The notes beneath the pieces are model-generated. The model worked only from the letters and a program-made list of their open reading frames with translations. It was not told the origin of the DNA and searched no databases. This document shows, in pieces, positions 7,300-19,300 of a stretch of 64,000 nucleotides of DNA (positions within the stretch are counted from its first letter, which is position 1; every line of letters starts with the position of its first letter). The DNA comes from Anthoceros angustus (lineage: Eukaryota; Plantae; Anthocerotophyta): contig VJWM01000222.1 in NCBI GenBank assembly GCA_010909165.1, positions 1 through 64,000 on the forward strand, written 5' to 3'. Both the position numbers and the translations under genes were made by a program.

Positions 7300-10150
7300 T
7301 GCTGAGGAGGACTTGTGGCTCCGATGGCCTGGGGACCAAGTCTGATCGGTCTCTCCGTTTCGGCATGGAACGTGAAGCAGAGGCGTAACTAGCGGGAAGG
7401 TCAAGCGGTAAGCAACTGATTGATCACGCGTGTGATCCGGAACACACCCTGCGAGCTTGTCTTCCGGAATCGGTGGTACGTGAGGCTTGATCCGAGCCAA
7501 CGGGTTGGCCAACCTCATCTTGAAGACCTCACACGGTGCTTGTTGGCCCTTGTAGCTCTTGCGGCCTGAGTTTCGCGGGCAAGCTTGACCTCATGCGGTC
7601 TTGGCCGACCTCGGCTGCTCCACTTATCAGTGGCCACAACACAGTGGAGGAGTTTCCATCAAGAGCTTGAAAGGCGTAACCATGGCTGCGTGTAGACAGG
7701 TTATAACATATTCGACAAGCGTGCTCCTCCCGTGTTTGTTTCTCATGTGTGAAAGTAATAGCATGTCCTAGCTTGGTTCTTTTTTCTCATCCATCCGTCT
7801 GGATGATGCCTGACATATTGGTTTTGATTCCGTGGCTTCCGTGAAGTTTTCCAACCCAGCGTGAACTTCGATCTCGGACCTATTACGGTGCACCATGTAG
7901 ATGGAAGATCTCTCGGACGAAGAGGTTGGCAGCTTGGAGCGTGATGGGCGTAGCGGAATAAAGTGACGGTTTGAGAACATCGATGACTTCTGAACGTCCT
8001 TGCCGGTCGTGTCCAGGTAAGTGGTGATGAAATCCATAGAGATAGATCAGATCGGCCATGTGGAATGGGCGGAGCACTAGACCACAGTTTGGTGGTGGTT
8101 TTAACTTTGCGGCATGACTTTGAACGGACCTCCACACGATGTTGAGTCCTTCCTTTGGTAGTGTTCCTTCACTCGAGCATACGCTTTGTCAATCCCAAGG
8201 TGACCCGAAATTGGGGAGTCATGGAAGTCATGAAGGATGGAAATCTTCAGCTCTTTCAAGTGCTAGTATCATGACTATGATCGCCTTTCACGCTATATGA
8301 GTCGCCCTTTACTATGAGCATCCTTGAGTATATGTTTGAGTGAGAGCCGGAACACGTGGCATCGGCAAGTAATTGAGAATAGGTTTGTGAGCCGTATGCA
8401 AGGGATTGTCGAACTATGGATAATTTGAATGGGTGGTGAGGATGGGACAGCCTCGTCTGAGGGCATCTGCCACCACATTGGAAGGGCACGCCACATACTT
8501 GATCTCGGCGTTAAAGTCTGCGGTACTCGCCCACTGTATGGCATTGAGATTCGGTTGTGAGAAGAAATGTTGCGTGAATGATGGTCTGTAGCATATCACT
8601 GTTGCAGGAGGTAGTGTCTCCATACTTCGGGGCATGTGATTGCTAACATTTCATCATGGGAGTAATTCTGTGCTTTTACAGATTCATCATAATACTGTTG
8701 TCTGTGACAATGCACCCAATGGCATAGTCGGCTTGTCTGTATGTATTGTGCGACTTGTGGATGCAGCAGATCTGGTGCTTCGAGGGCCTGTTTCAAGGTG
8801 TCGAAGGCTACCACCGCCTCTGAGCGAGTTATGAGTTGGCCGGTGGCGGGGCAGCGTCGTGAAATCTGCCACCTTGCTTGAAGCCACGGATGAAGCAGTA
8901 AAACCGGCCATACCAAGGAAACCGCGCAGCTGGGTGAGATCTTGAGGTAATGGCCACTCCAAAATTGCCTTGATTTTCCTGGGATCCACGCTTATGCTTC
9001 TGATGATGTCAGGTATTCTCGGACCTCATGAATACGCTTGCTCCTCTTGGCTTTGAGTTGGTGGAGTGCGCAGCAATTCCGGATCCGTTTAACCGGTGGT
9101 GGTGTGTGCGAGTGCAGTGTAGATGAGAATGTCTAAGAAGACCTCGGCCATGTCCTAACGGTCTAAGAATCTCAGCATAAGGCAGGAAAGTGGCGGGGCA
9201 TTGGTGAGGCAGCATCACCACGAACTCAAAATGGCCATGGTGAGTTCGGAATGCAGTCTTGTATTCATCCCCATCCTTGATGCGGATCTGGTGGAAACCA
9301 GACCGCAAGTCAATCTTGGTGAATAGCTGGGCCCCATGGAGCAGATCTACGATTTCGTCTATCCTGGGCATCTGGTAAACATTGCGGATGGTGGCCTGTT
9401 AAGCCACATGTCGATCTCCATCCTCCATCCGGTTTGGCCACAAAGGCGGTGCCCGAATGGAGACAAGTCGGACAAACCCCTTCTGCAGAACTCGTCCACA
9501 CCTTTTGATTTCCTCATTTTCTGGCGATGAAGTGCGGTAGGGTTGGATGCTCCTTTGGTTTGTGTCTGGTAGCAAGTCAATAGAGTGGTCCATTGTTGCG
9601 TGGAGGAAGTGCAGTAGGTTCAGCGAAGACATCAGCATATTCCTCCAAGAGGCCTTAAAGGTGGAGGGTAGCCGGTCGTCATGTGCTTTGGCCTCTGACC
9701 TGGACTCGGGGTTCCCTCAAGGGCAACACTCTCTTCAACTTTGCCACGTACATGAACACCCATGGCGTAGCTTTATTGAAAGCAGGACACGACAAGCATT
9801 GTTTATCAATTATCTGCTCTCCTTCATGATGTACTGTCTAGTTACAAGTGTCACTCGTTATTCTTGATCCACCTCTAATGCGGTGAGTGTTTGGCTAGCC
9901 ACGGCTTCCCAATGATAAGATCATGACACAAGGAGGCATCACCATCAACTTGAGCACTTCCTTATCCACTTTGGAAAGGTAACGCCTCGCCCATGCTCCT
10001 TGCTGTCTCTTCCACCAGTGATCACGGAATCTTCGACTCGTGGACTGCACCACTGCTTTCTCGTGGTAGCCTTGTACGTAGTGATGACTTGCAGTCCGGA
10101 GGATTACCTCGAGTACCCTCACCGACCTCGAACTTGATAGGAACATATGG
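7300..10150 (-). pseudogene. pol: Gypsy pol (PR ~9900-10130, RT ~8850-9620, RH ~8400-8800, IN ~7300-8300), frameshifted
   Basis: [53 protein letters not shown]; KIKAILEWPLPQDLTQLRGFLGMAG; SNVVADALRR; FHDSPISGHLGIDKAYARVKEHY; MDFIT. Confidence 0.92.
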
Positions 10151-10249
10151 GATGGCGAGCCACTCTGTTTCAACCGCCACACCTGATGCGTTATCGCGGT
10201 GCCGATGTTGGCTCATTCACCTCTCAGCGTGATTGAGTGGTTGGTTCTT

Positions 10250-12030
10250 GCGTGTGCGGCGCTTCCTCGGGTTGTCTTGTCTCCTTCAACGGTGATGAAG
10301 TCCCGTCGAAGGGCGACTTTTCGCCGTGATCAAGCCAGCGTGAAGCACATTCTTTTGCTTTTGTATTCCACCTTCTCTTGATCAAGATTTTGAAAGCGGT
10401 TTCTTTTCGGATCGTTGGGCTTACCCCACTTTGGCTTGGAGGGCCTCCGCCAAGTGCTGTATTTGTTTGTGCCATAGTTGTGCCATAGCCTCCCAGTGTT
10501 GGGGTTGTGCAGTTGACATCGGCATCTCAAACTTCAAGCCATCGATAAATTTCGACTCCTCGTCGGTCTCGGCATATCAAGGGTGAGTTGGAGGAATTTG
10601 TCGCATATTCACCGATGCCACTTGGAAAATCTTAGGCTAGTACAGTTCTTTCCTGTGATGACAAAACTGCTCGAAGAGTTGTCGAACACTTACGAATATC
10701 GGTGATTCCATACCAAGATCAACTGTTTCTCCGCTGCCTCCACGATAGGCATACCGTCCCAACGACATCACAGCTGGATTTTACGGAGGTCGTCCTTCTA
10801 CACAAGGTACTTATCCATTTTGTCAAGCCAGTCGTGCACGCTCTGGACATCCTTGGCTTGGCCGTTGAACGTGGATGTCTTGATTTTTTGGAGCTCTCGG
10901 TCCAACTGGGGCTTGGGCTTGAACATCTGCTCTTCTCCTTCAAGTGAATCTCCACTCGCTTTACCTCTTTGCGTTCCCAATGCTCGTATCGCATCAGTTG
11001 TAGCCTTTTGACCATTGCCTTGATATCTTTGTTCTCCTTCTCCATGGGTGTCGGTTCAATTAGTCGTTTCAACTCTTCTTCTTGACGCTCGACTCACGGT
11101 CGGGAGGTATTGGTGAGGCTCTCCCACTCCTCTTGTCTCTGCTTTGGCGTTACTGCGACAGTGGTAGGTCCGGGGGCTGAGTTGGGTACCTTCTGAGGGG
11201 GTGGGGGTGGGTGTGGGAGGTAGGGGCTGCTCAGGGGCCGGAGCACTCCGCCCGATTGCCTCTGGCGAACTGTCCCTCCCCACTTGCGTTTCAACCCGAT
11301 TCCACCTTTCCCGTCTGGTCTTCGCAGGCGTTGCAACTCTTCAGTCGTTCCACACTTGCGGTCCGGCTTTCCAAGCTGCGAGGCTGTCGGCCGCCTGTCG
11401 CCCGACGACCCCCTCTTGCATGTTTGCAGGTCGTGATCCGATGTGGGCGCCTCGTTTCCTTGGTCGTCCCCTCTTCCGGACCACGGGCTCACGTGGCTCC
11501 GCTCCCGTATCCGATCCTCGCCGGTGGCGCAAGCCTCGGCTCGCTCCCGATCGCAACCCACCGGGTAGTTCTTGGCGCCTTCCTCGGTGGCTCCTCCAGA
11601 GCTCCGTCAGATGGGTGTGCAGGATGCGCTCATACTGCTGCCTTGTCCTCGGGCGCAGTCGGCCCGTGTTCCTGCCTGGCGCGCAATCCTCTTCACTACA
11701 CCTGGAAATAGTGCGCAGATACCGGGGCAGTGTCGCTCATGGTTCACGATTTCTCCGATTTTCCTTGGCGGTTAGTTGATTGTGGCTCCCGGAGACCGTC
11801 TCACACCTTCCTTCCTGATTCGCCGTGTCACCGGTGTCAGGAAGCTGGAGATGAATCCCTGGGCAGCCTGGTCCTCAAAGCCGTGGAGAAATTGTTGGGA
11901 GAGTTCACCAATCCAAAGGGTAAGAGCCCCGATTTTGTGATTGCTCCTGTTGACTTCTCCTTTGGCTTGCCTGATGTCCCCTTTCCTTCACGCTGTGCAG
12001 ATGATTGGTGCACCAGCATGTCGGGCAAGC
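10250..12030 (-). pseudogene. gag: Gypsy gag with long low-complexity N-terminal region, frameshifted
   Basis: FNGQAKDVQSVHDWLDKMDKYL, KIQL..MSL..YAYR, EQF..HRKELY, ESKFIDGLKFE, KRMCFT. An RKRGRPRKRG motif lies at ~11449-11481. Confidence 0.75.
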
Positions 12031-12080
12031 GGATCTTAGCCGATCTGCGTTACGATCCCACGATCCGGCATGTTTGGGTT

Positions 12081-12091
12081 GCTCGATACCA
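12081..12091 (-). other. Primer binding site for tRNA-iMet
   Basis: The minus strand reads TGGTATCGAGC, one base short of the canonical TGGTATCAGAGC, just inside the 5' LTR. Confidence 0.8.
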
Positions 12092-12099
12092 AAGATCGC

Positions 12100-12490
12100 A
12101 ATACGGATGTTAGTCACAGACTGTATCGCGTGCGAGTTCCTCAGGCATAGGGCGTGTATTACAGTTCGTAGGTGGGTACATATAGGAGCGGGCATCCTCC
12201 GTCAAGAAAGGTGCCCGTGGATTCTGTTCTTGGCACACTAGATTAGTCTAACCTATGGTTTAAGGTGGTTCGGGTTAGGATTGAAATATTACTACTATCC
12301 TAGTTTACCTATTTATCGTCTAATTACCCTGGTTAATTTACCGTAAATACTGGATATGGATAAGGTATTTCTTGTGCACATATGTCTCAATTGCCTCGTG
12401 GGGTTTCCGGCCGCCATGCTTGCGTGGCTAGGGCAGCTTCACAACCATGTGTCTTACGTGGCGATGGGCGAGGCGCCCTCTCACATCTCA
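12100..12490 (-). repeat. 5' LTR of family-1 element
   Basis: Direct repeat of 6724-7099. Ends ...TCTCA and is followed directly by AATCC. Confidence 0.85.
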
Positions 12491-15400
12491 AATCCAACCC
12501 AAAAGGAAAACAAAGAAACAAAATGACCTCCAAAAAAAAGCTAGAAACAAAGCAATCAAAAACCCTCACAAAATTCGACGAGAGATTGGAGCCTTAAGCT
12601 ACAACCCAACCCAAAAATAAAAATAAAGATAACCTCCATTTCTAGCAATAAAGAAACCCTCACAAAACTCTAACAAGATAACCTCCATTTCTAGCAATCA
12701 AGAAACCCTCACAAAACTCTAAAGATTGGAGCCTTAAGCTACAACCCAATCAAAAACCCTCACAAAACTCAAGAGCGATTGAGCCTTAAGCTACAACCCA
12801 ACCAAAAATAATAAATAACAAAGATGACCTCCAAAAAAAAAGAATAACCTCCACAAATATCAAAGATGACCTCCAAAAAAGAATAACCTCCATTTCTAGC
12901 AATCAAAAAACCCTCACAAAACTCTGAAGACCGATTGGAGCCTTAAGCTACAACCCAACCCAAAAATAAAAAATAACATCCATTTCTAGCAATCAAAAAA
13001 ACCGTCACAAAACTCTGAAGAGCGATTGGAGCCTTAAGCTACAACCCAACCCAAAAATAAAAAATAACATCCATTTCTAGCAATCAAAAAACCCTCACAA
13101 AACTCTGAAGAGCGATTGGAGCCTTAAGCTACAACCCAACCCAAAAATAAAAATAAAGATGAAAAAGAATAACCTCCATTTCTAGCAATCAAAAACCCTC
13201 ACAAAATTCAAGAGCGATTGGAGCCTTAAGCTACAACCCAACCAAAAATAAAGAATATCTTTGCCAACCCAAAAATAAAAATAACAAAGATGACCCCAAA
13301 AAAAGAATAACCTCCATTTCTAGCAATCCAAAACCCTCACAAAATTCTGAAGGCGATTGGAGCCTTAAGCTACAACCCAACCCAAAAATAAAAATAAAGA
13401 TAATCTACAAAAAAGAAGCTAGAAACAAAACAACCATAAAGCCCTCACAAAATTGGAATCTAGCGGTAAATGTTCCCAAATCCATAGGAAAGCTCTCGAC
13501 AACTGCAAACAAAGCTCATGGCGGCAGCAACCCAAAAATAAAGAATAACAAAGATAACCTCCAAAAAAGAGAAGCTAGACATAAAACAACCATAAAGCCC
13601 TCACAAAATTGGAATCTAGCAGTAAATTGTCCCCAAATCCATAGGAAAGCTCTCCAAATTTAACCATTGCTTAAAGCTCATGGCGACGACGAATTCATAG
13701 TCCGCAATTTTAAGGGAGGTGTCAGCAAGTGGTCACAAAAGTCACAGATCCCTGGATATCTTCAAATACAAATCTTGGTCCAAGCTGGCTTTTCAAGTCC
13801 TTCGAGGTCGAGCAAGTTAGTCCTTCCGAGGGGGTCCAAGGATCCCAACTTTTGCACCATGGTACTTTGGTGGCGCCTGCCTCAAGCTTCGCCTATGAAT
13901 TCGCCATCCGCATGAGCTTTATTAAAAGCTTCAAAAGGAGAGCCTTCCTTATGCCTAGGAGTGCCTTGTACTCTACCTTAGTAGATGAGACACAGCCGGA
14001 GGCTTTGGCTGCAAGAATGCGATTTCCGATAGGTTGTTTCAACAATAAACCAAATCCAGCCCTCTTCTTGTTGGATGCCCTGCACCATAGCTCCTACATC
14101 AATTCCCCTAGGGATTCACTGGATTTCATAGTGTAGCTTCATCCTTTGAGAGTACGACACATCTTTCCGAGCAAGCTTTCCCCATAAAACCATGGAGATC
14201 CCCTACATATATATAGTGCCCAAGATCGTGTGGTCCCTGAAACGCCAACCTCCCCACCACCCTCAAGACTACCTCACTTCTGCTGGCGATAACCATAGAG
14301 CTTCCTCCATAAGGATAGGCCTCAACTAAAGTTGGGGCCCCCTAGAACGCCAACCTCGCACTGGTGCCCCACCACCCCAGTAAACTTTTACTCCACTTTC
14401 ATTTCGGCCAACCTCGCACTCATGGGGTATCTATTTTCTTTTTGGGAGGTTATTTTTGTTATTATTTTTCCTTTTGGGTTGATTAGTCAAGTCTTAGACT
14501 CAAGCAAGATTCAAGTGTTTGCTTGGTTTAAAACAAAATTGATTGGAGTCTTAGACTCAAGATTCAAGTGTCTCGCTTAGTTTAAAACCTAATTGATTGG
14601 AGTCTTAGACTCAAGCGGCATTCAAGTGTCCGCTTAGTTTAAAATGTAATTGAAAATTGATTGGAGTCTTAGACTCAAGCATTCAAGTGTCCGCTTAGTT
14701 TAAAACCTAATTGATTGGAGTCTTAGACTCATTCAAGTGTCTCGCTTAGTTTAAAACAAAATTGATTGCTCACGCTAGCAAATGAAAGCTTTTGGTTTAT
14801 GGAAACCCTTCTAAAGTTAAGGCTGAGATGGTGGGGCACTGGGGTGCGAGGTTGGCGTATTTAGAGGCAAAAGAAAGCTCGCTCGTGGTGGGGCACCAGG
14901 GTGCGAGGTTGTATTTAGACGCAAAAGAAAGCTCATTGGGTGGTGGGGCACCAGGGTGCGAGGCTCGCAGATTTAGAGGCAAAAGAAAGCTCATTGAGTG
15001 GTGGGGCACTGGGGTGCAAGGTTGGCGTATTTAAAGGCAAAAGCTCATGGGTGGTGGGGCACCAGGCGAGGTTGGCGTATTTAGATCTTTCTTTTTGGGT
15101 TTATAGAAACCCTTTTAAAGTTTACTGGGGTGGTGAGACCTTGAAGATCCGAGCAATTTTTCTTGTGTGTTTCCTTCGTGGTGACAAGGCATGATTTACA
15201 AACTCAAGCGCAAAATGGGTTGGCAGATTTTTATTGCATTGGGGATCCACACTGTGGCGCAGCGGATCTTGTCATTTTGAAATGCCTTACCCCAGGCGGC
15301 GCAAAATGGGTTACCACATTTGCATTGGGGATCCACTGCTGGCGCGGATCTTGTCATTTTGAGGCCGCATCGCTTACCCGGTAATGCAATCACATCCTAC

Positions 15401-16340
15401 TTCGTGTGAAGTTTGTGGAGATAGTCTTGTAGTTAGTTTCTCCCCATTCGAGGGTGTAGCTACGGAGTGAGCACCATCAAGGTTAAACTTTCATAATCTC
15501 CTTGATGTATTTTTTTTGATGGAGAGTAATTGTGCCCCGGATCCCTGTTATAAAATCGAATACCAAGGCAAAATTGAAGGTCTCCTTGATGATCTCGACT
15601 GACGGAGCATGTCCTTCGTGACCCTGCTTGCCATCATGGCCATTCGGGGCTTGAGCGACGGTGGATCCGCCTAACATCCAAACATGTAAGTCGAAACATT
15701 AGCGTCTTAAAGCTGCACGATATGGGCTCAACCCATTCCTCACGTGATCGCCTTTCTCTTGTTGGGTATCGAGGAGGAGCAACTCCCATCCTTGATGATC
15801 ATCTCGAATTCGTGAGCATGTCCTTGACCCGAAGCCTGACGCCGATTCTTGCCATCATGGCCATTCGGGGCTTGATGCGGTGGATCCGCCTAACATCCAA
15901 ACATGTAAATGAAACATTAGCACTGTCTTGAAGTCAAGCACGATATGGGCTCAACCCATTCCTCACGTGATCGCCTTTCTCTTGTTGGATATCGAGGAGG
16001 AGGAGCAACTCCATAAACCCATTCCTCACGTGATCGCCTTTCTCTTGTTGGGTATCGAGGAGGAGCAACTCCCACTTCAACAATGGGCTCAACCTCAAGC
16101 CAAAACATCAAGGTCGGGAAACATGATCTTGAGTCGGATCTCGAAGATTGTAATGACTATTCGCCTTTCTCTTGTTGGGTATCGGAGGAGGAGCAACTCC
16201 CACTTGAATGGGCTCAACCTCAACCAAACATCAAGGTCAAGACATGATCTCAACCTCAACCAAACATCAAGGGACATCGAAACATGATCTCAACCTCAAG
16301 CGAAACATCAAGGTCGGCTGACATGATCTCAACCTCAAGC
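12491..16340 (-). repeat. Array unit 2, truncated in the linker repeat by the family-2 gypsy
   Basis: All sub-blocks are present in order up to CATGATCTCAACCTCAAGC at ~16340. Confidence 0.85.
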
Positions 16341-19300
16341 ATCACGGACCAGCTGTGAGGCTTGAACCAGGACTCGATCGGAGGAAATTGGGCGCTTGTT
16401 GATCTTAATGTCTCTACCCGGTCCATTCAAGAGCGGCCGCGTCGATTCGGAACCGGTTCAACTAACTATCGGACGGGCTCAACTTTTACGCCCGCCTTTA
16501 TATTGAATTATCTCGCATTTATTGGATAATACTTAGCCGAATTACCTAGCTATGAACTAAGCGGGGAATAGCTGCGTTCACACTTGTGTAGTTGTCGGCC
16601 GTGACATTCTCCCCCCGAAGAAGAGGCAGTTCCATCGGCGCGGATGACTGAAATGCTGGGATGTGGAGGCAAAGTCTTGGGCCTCCCATGTCGCAAAAGA
16701 ATATCGCTCACCGACTGACCCAACGAGGTAATGGGTAATAGACTTGCGGAGATGGCGGTGGTGGTCGGAGAATGCGGTCTGCGACTAACCGGGTGGGAAG
16801 AGGGAACGGCCGGGCCGATGGAGGTGTGGTGCAGGTTTGTGCCGGCTCGGCGAGGGCGTGATGCCCGGACGGTGTTGGAGGAGGCGTGAAGGCGGATCGG
16901 GAGTGCGATTGATGGACGGAGGGTTGGGGTTGGCGGCGGCTGGCGGGTCGAGGTTAGTCCGCCCCGCGCGGCGGGCCTCCGGAGTCTCGCGCAAGGGCCG
17001 GCCGTCTTGGGCGGGGCTTTGACAAGCCGGGTTCGTCTGCGGGCGGGGCCGGAGCTGGGTTCAACATGCGGCGATTGACCAGAGCGGGGTCCAACCCGCG
17101 GAGAAAATCGAGATCGCTGAGGCGGCGGGTCTGCACGGTGTCCTAGCTCGCTATGGCGGGCTAGAGACTTGGGAGCCGTGCTGAAGGGCTGTGGAAAGCA
17201 AGCGATGGGCTGATGGAGGAGGCGAGAGGCCATGTCCGGGTGGGACATAGTCGGGAGGGGTCAGGCATGAGGAGGAGGAAGGGGGGATGACGGTTCAACA
17301 TAGAGACGTGGCAAGGGCATGCTGTGGAGGTCAAGCCTAGCACGGGTTGATATGCCGGAAAATTCTAAAGGTCGAAATGCAAGGCGCCACCAGGAGGTGG
17401 TAGGCATGGTTGATATGTCTCGAAATTCTAAAGGGTCCAAAGAAAGCGATAAGACAATTTTTCTTGACCGATGAGGCCGGGTACTGTTGGTTTGAGTCGA
17501 GCTGCCTCAACCGTCCCCACGCTGTAGACGACGCCTCCCGCCGACGGCAGTTTCGTAACGCCTGGGCTGTAAGGAGTTTCGCAAGTTTAACTTAATATGT
17601 CTTCCATTGCCTCTCAAGGGCTTCCACTTATCCCGTCGGAAGGCCAGACCGGGGTGGGGATTTTCCTGCAGAGCTTGTAAGACACTGCCGCAAGATGCTT
17701 GGATGTGTTGTAGGCAACTCAGTAATGGTAAGAGGTCTTCCCATCTCCTGTTTCTCATGGGTGAAGTGGCTAAGCATGTCCCAGTACTGGTTTTGCTTCT
17801 GCTTGGCCGCCTCGGGTGACAAGTAGATGACATATGCCGCTCCATACCGAGTCTCCGTGAAGGTTCTCCAGAACCCGCAGGTAAACTTCACATCTCTATC
17901 GAGACAATGCGGGTCTGGAGACGGAAAATTTCTTGACAATAGGTGGGCTAACTTTTGTGTGCGGTGATGGTAGATGACGGGACAAGCGGTGTTTTGTGAG
18001 GCTGTCCACCCACCTGCACGACCGACCCAGAGCGAGGTGTGAGTGATGAAATCCATGGAAAGGGAGCCGAACCACCACTAGGAATTGGAAGCGGCTAGAA
18101 GGCGGTTTTGTTTGCTGGCTTGCGGGTGGATCGACAGAGCCACCCACTCATGGAGCCGAGTCCTTCCCAATGGAAGTGTTCCTTGACTCAACCATGGAAA
18201 GGGAGCTGAACCGCCACTAGAATTGTTGCCAGCACAAGTCAATCGTGTTCGCTTGGCTTGTTGGCAGGATCGGTGGAGCGGACCCACTCAATACAATGAG
18301 CGAGTCCTTCCCAATGGAAGTGTTCCTTGACTCTAGCATAAGTTTTATCGATACCTAGGTGGCTCGCTATGGGTGTGTCATGAAGGTCATGGAGAATAGC
18401 TTTTGACATGTTGGAGTTGGTTCGATGACAAGCCTACCTTCCGATATGCAAAGGCCTTAGCTTTTGACATGTTGAGTTGGTTCGATGACGACCCTTTCCA
18501 ATATGCGCTTTTTGATTGAGTAGAGTTGGGTGAGGGTCAGGGTTGACCTAGCTTGGCATCCGTGAGGTGTCGTTGAGCTTTGTGCAGAGTCTCATGGGGA
18601 ATGGCTCCGACAACCGATTGTGTCGAGTTGGGAGGACATAAGTGCACAAGCTCGCCGTGAGGGCATCCGCGATCATTTTGAAGCTCCAAACATACTAATA
18701 TGTTGAAGTGCTAGGAATATCATCAAAGTTGAAGTCTCGCTAGAATATCAAAGTTGAAGTCCGCTAGCCGAGCAAAGTTGAAGTAGGTACCGCCCACCTC
18801 CTGCCGAGCGTGAGGTTGATCAAGAAACATCAAGTGAATGGTGATCTGTGGTTGATGAACGCTGTCCCGTGAATGGTGATCTATGTTGCATGAACGGTGT
18901 CCTAATAGGTAGTGTCTCCACACCCGAGAGCGTGAACTATGGCCGATTTCTTGTCGTGACGGGATAGTTGCGAGCCCCTTGTAGTTTTTTGATTCATATG
19001 CAATCACCGCCATGTTGTGTTAGCACCGCCCATAGCAAAGTCTCGATGCATCGTGTGTACTACGAGGGAGCTTGAGGGTCTGATTGGCGAGGACCCGAGG
19101 CACCGCCAAGGACCGCTTAGGGTTTGGAACGCTTTGACTGCAGAGGAGTTGAGGGTTGACTGGGTCACGGAGGGCATCATGAGGGGAATGGGCCCATTCA
19201 TCAAATCTTTGATAAACGGCGATAGAAATCATGAGGCCAAGGAAACCTCTCACCGCAACATGTCTTGAGGTAAGGCCACTCTTCAATGACCTTGATTTTT

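Larger units (their letters stand above)
6724..12490 (-). mobile_element. Near-full-length chromoviral Ty3/gypsy LTR retrotransposon (family 1)
   Basis: Two ~375-bp direct repeats, PBS, PPT, AATCC at both flanks (6719-6723 and 12491-12495), and gag-PR-RT-RH-IN-chromodomain motifs in gypsy order. Confidence 0.92.

Noticed and set aside
11201-11779. Plus-strand ORFs of 166-192 aa
   Set aside because: They are antisense to the GC-rich gag N-terminus, have no recognisable domain, and long ORFs are expected by chance at this GC content.
12081-12091. tRNA gene
   Set aside because: It is only the 11-nt primer binding site, with no cloverleaf.
16550-17248. 232-aa minus-strand ORF as a novel gene
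   Set aside because: It is a Pro/Arg-rich off-frame reading of the integrase tail and chromodomain region.
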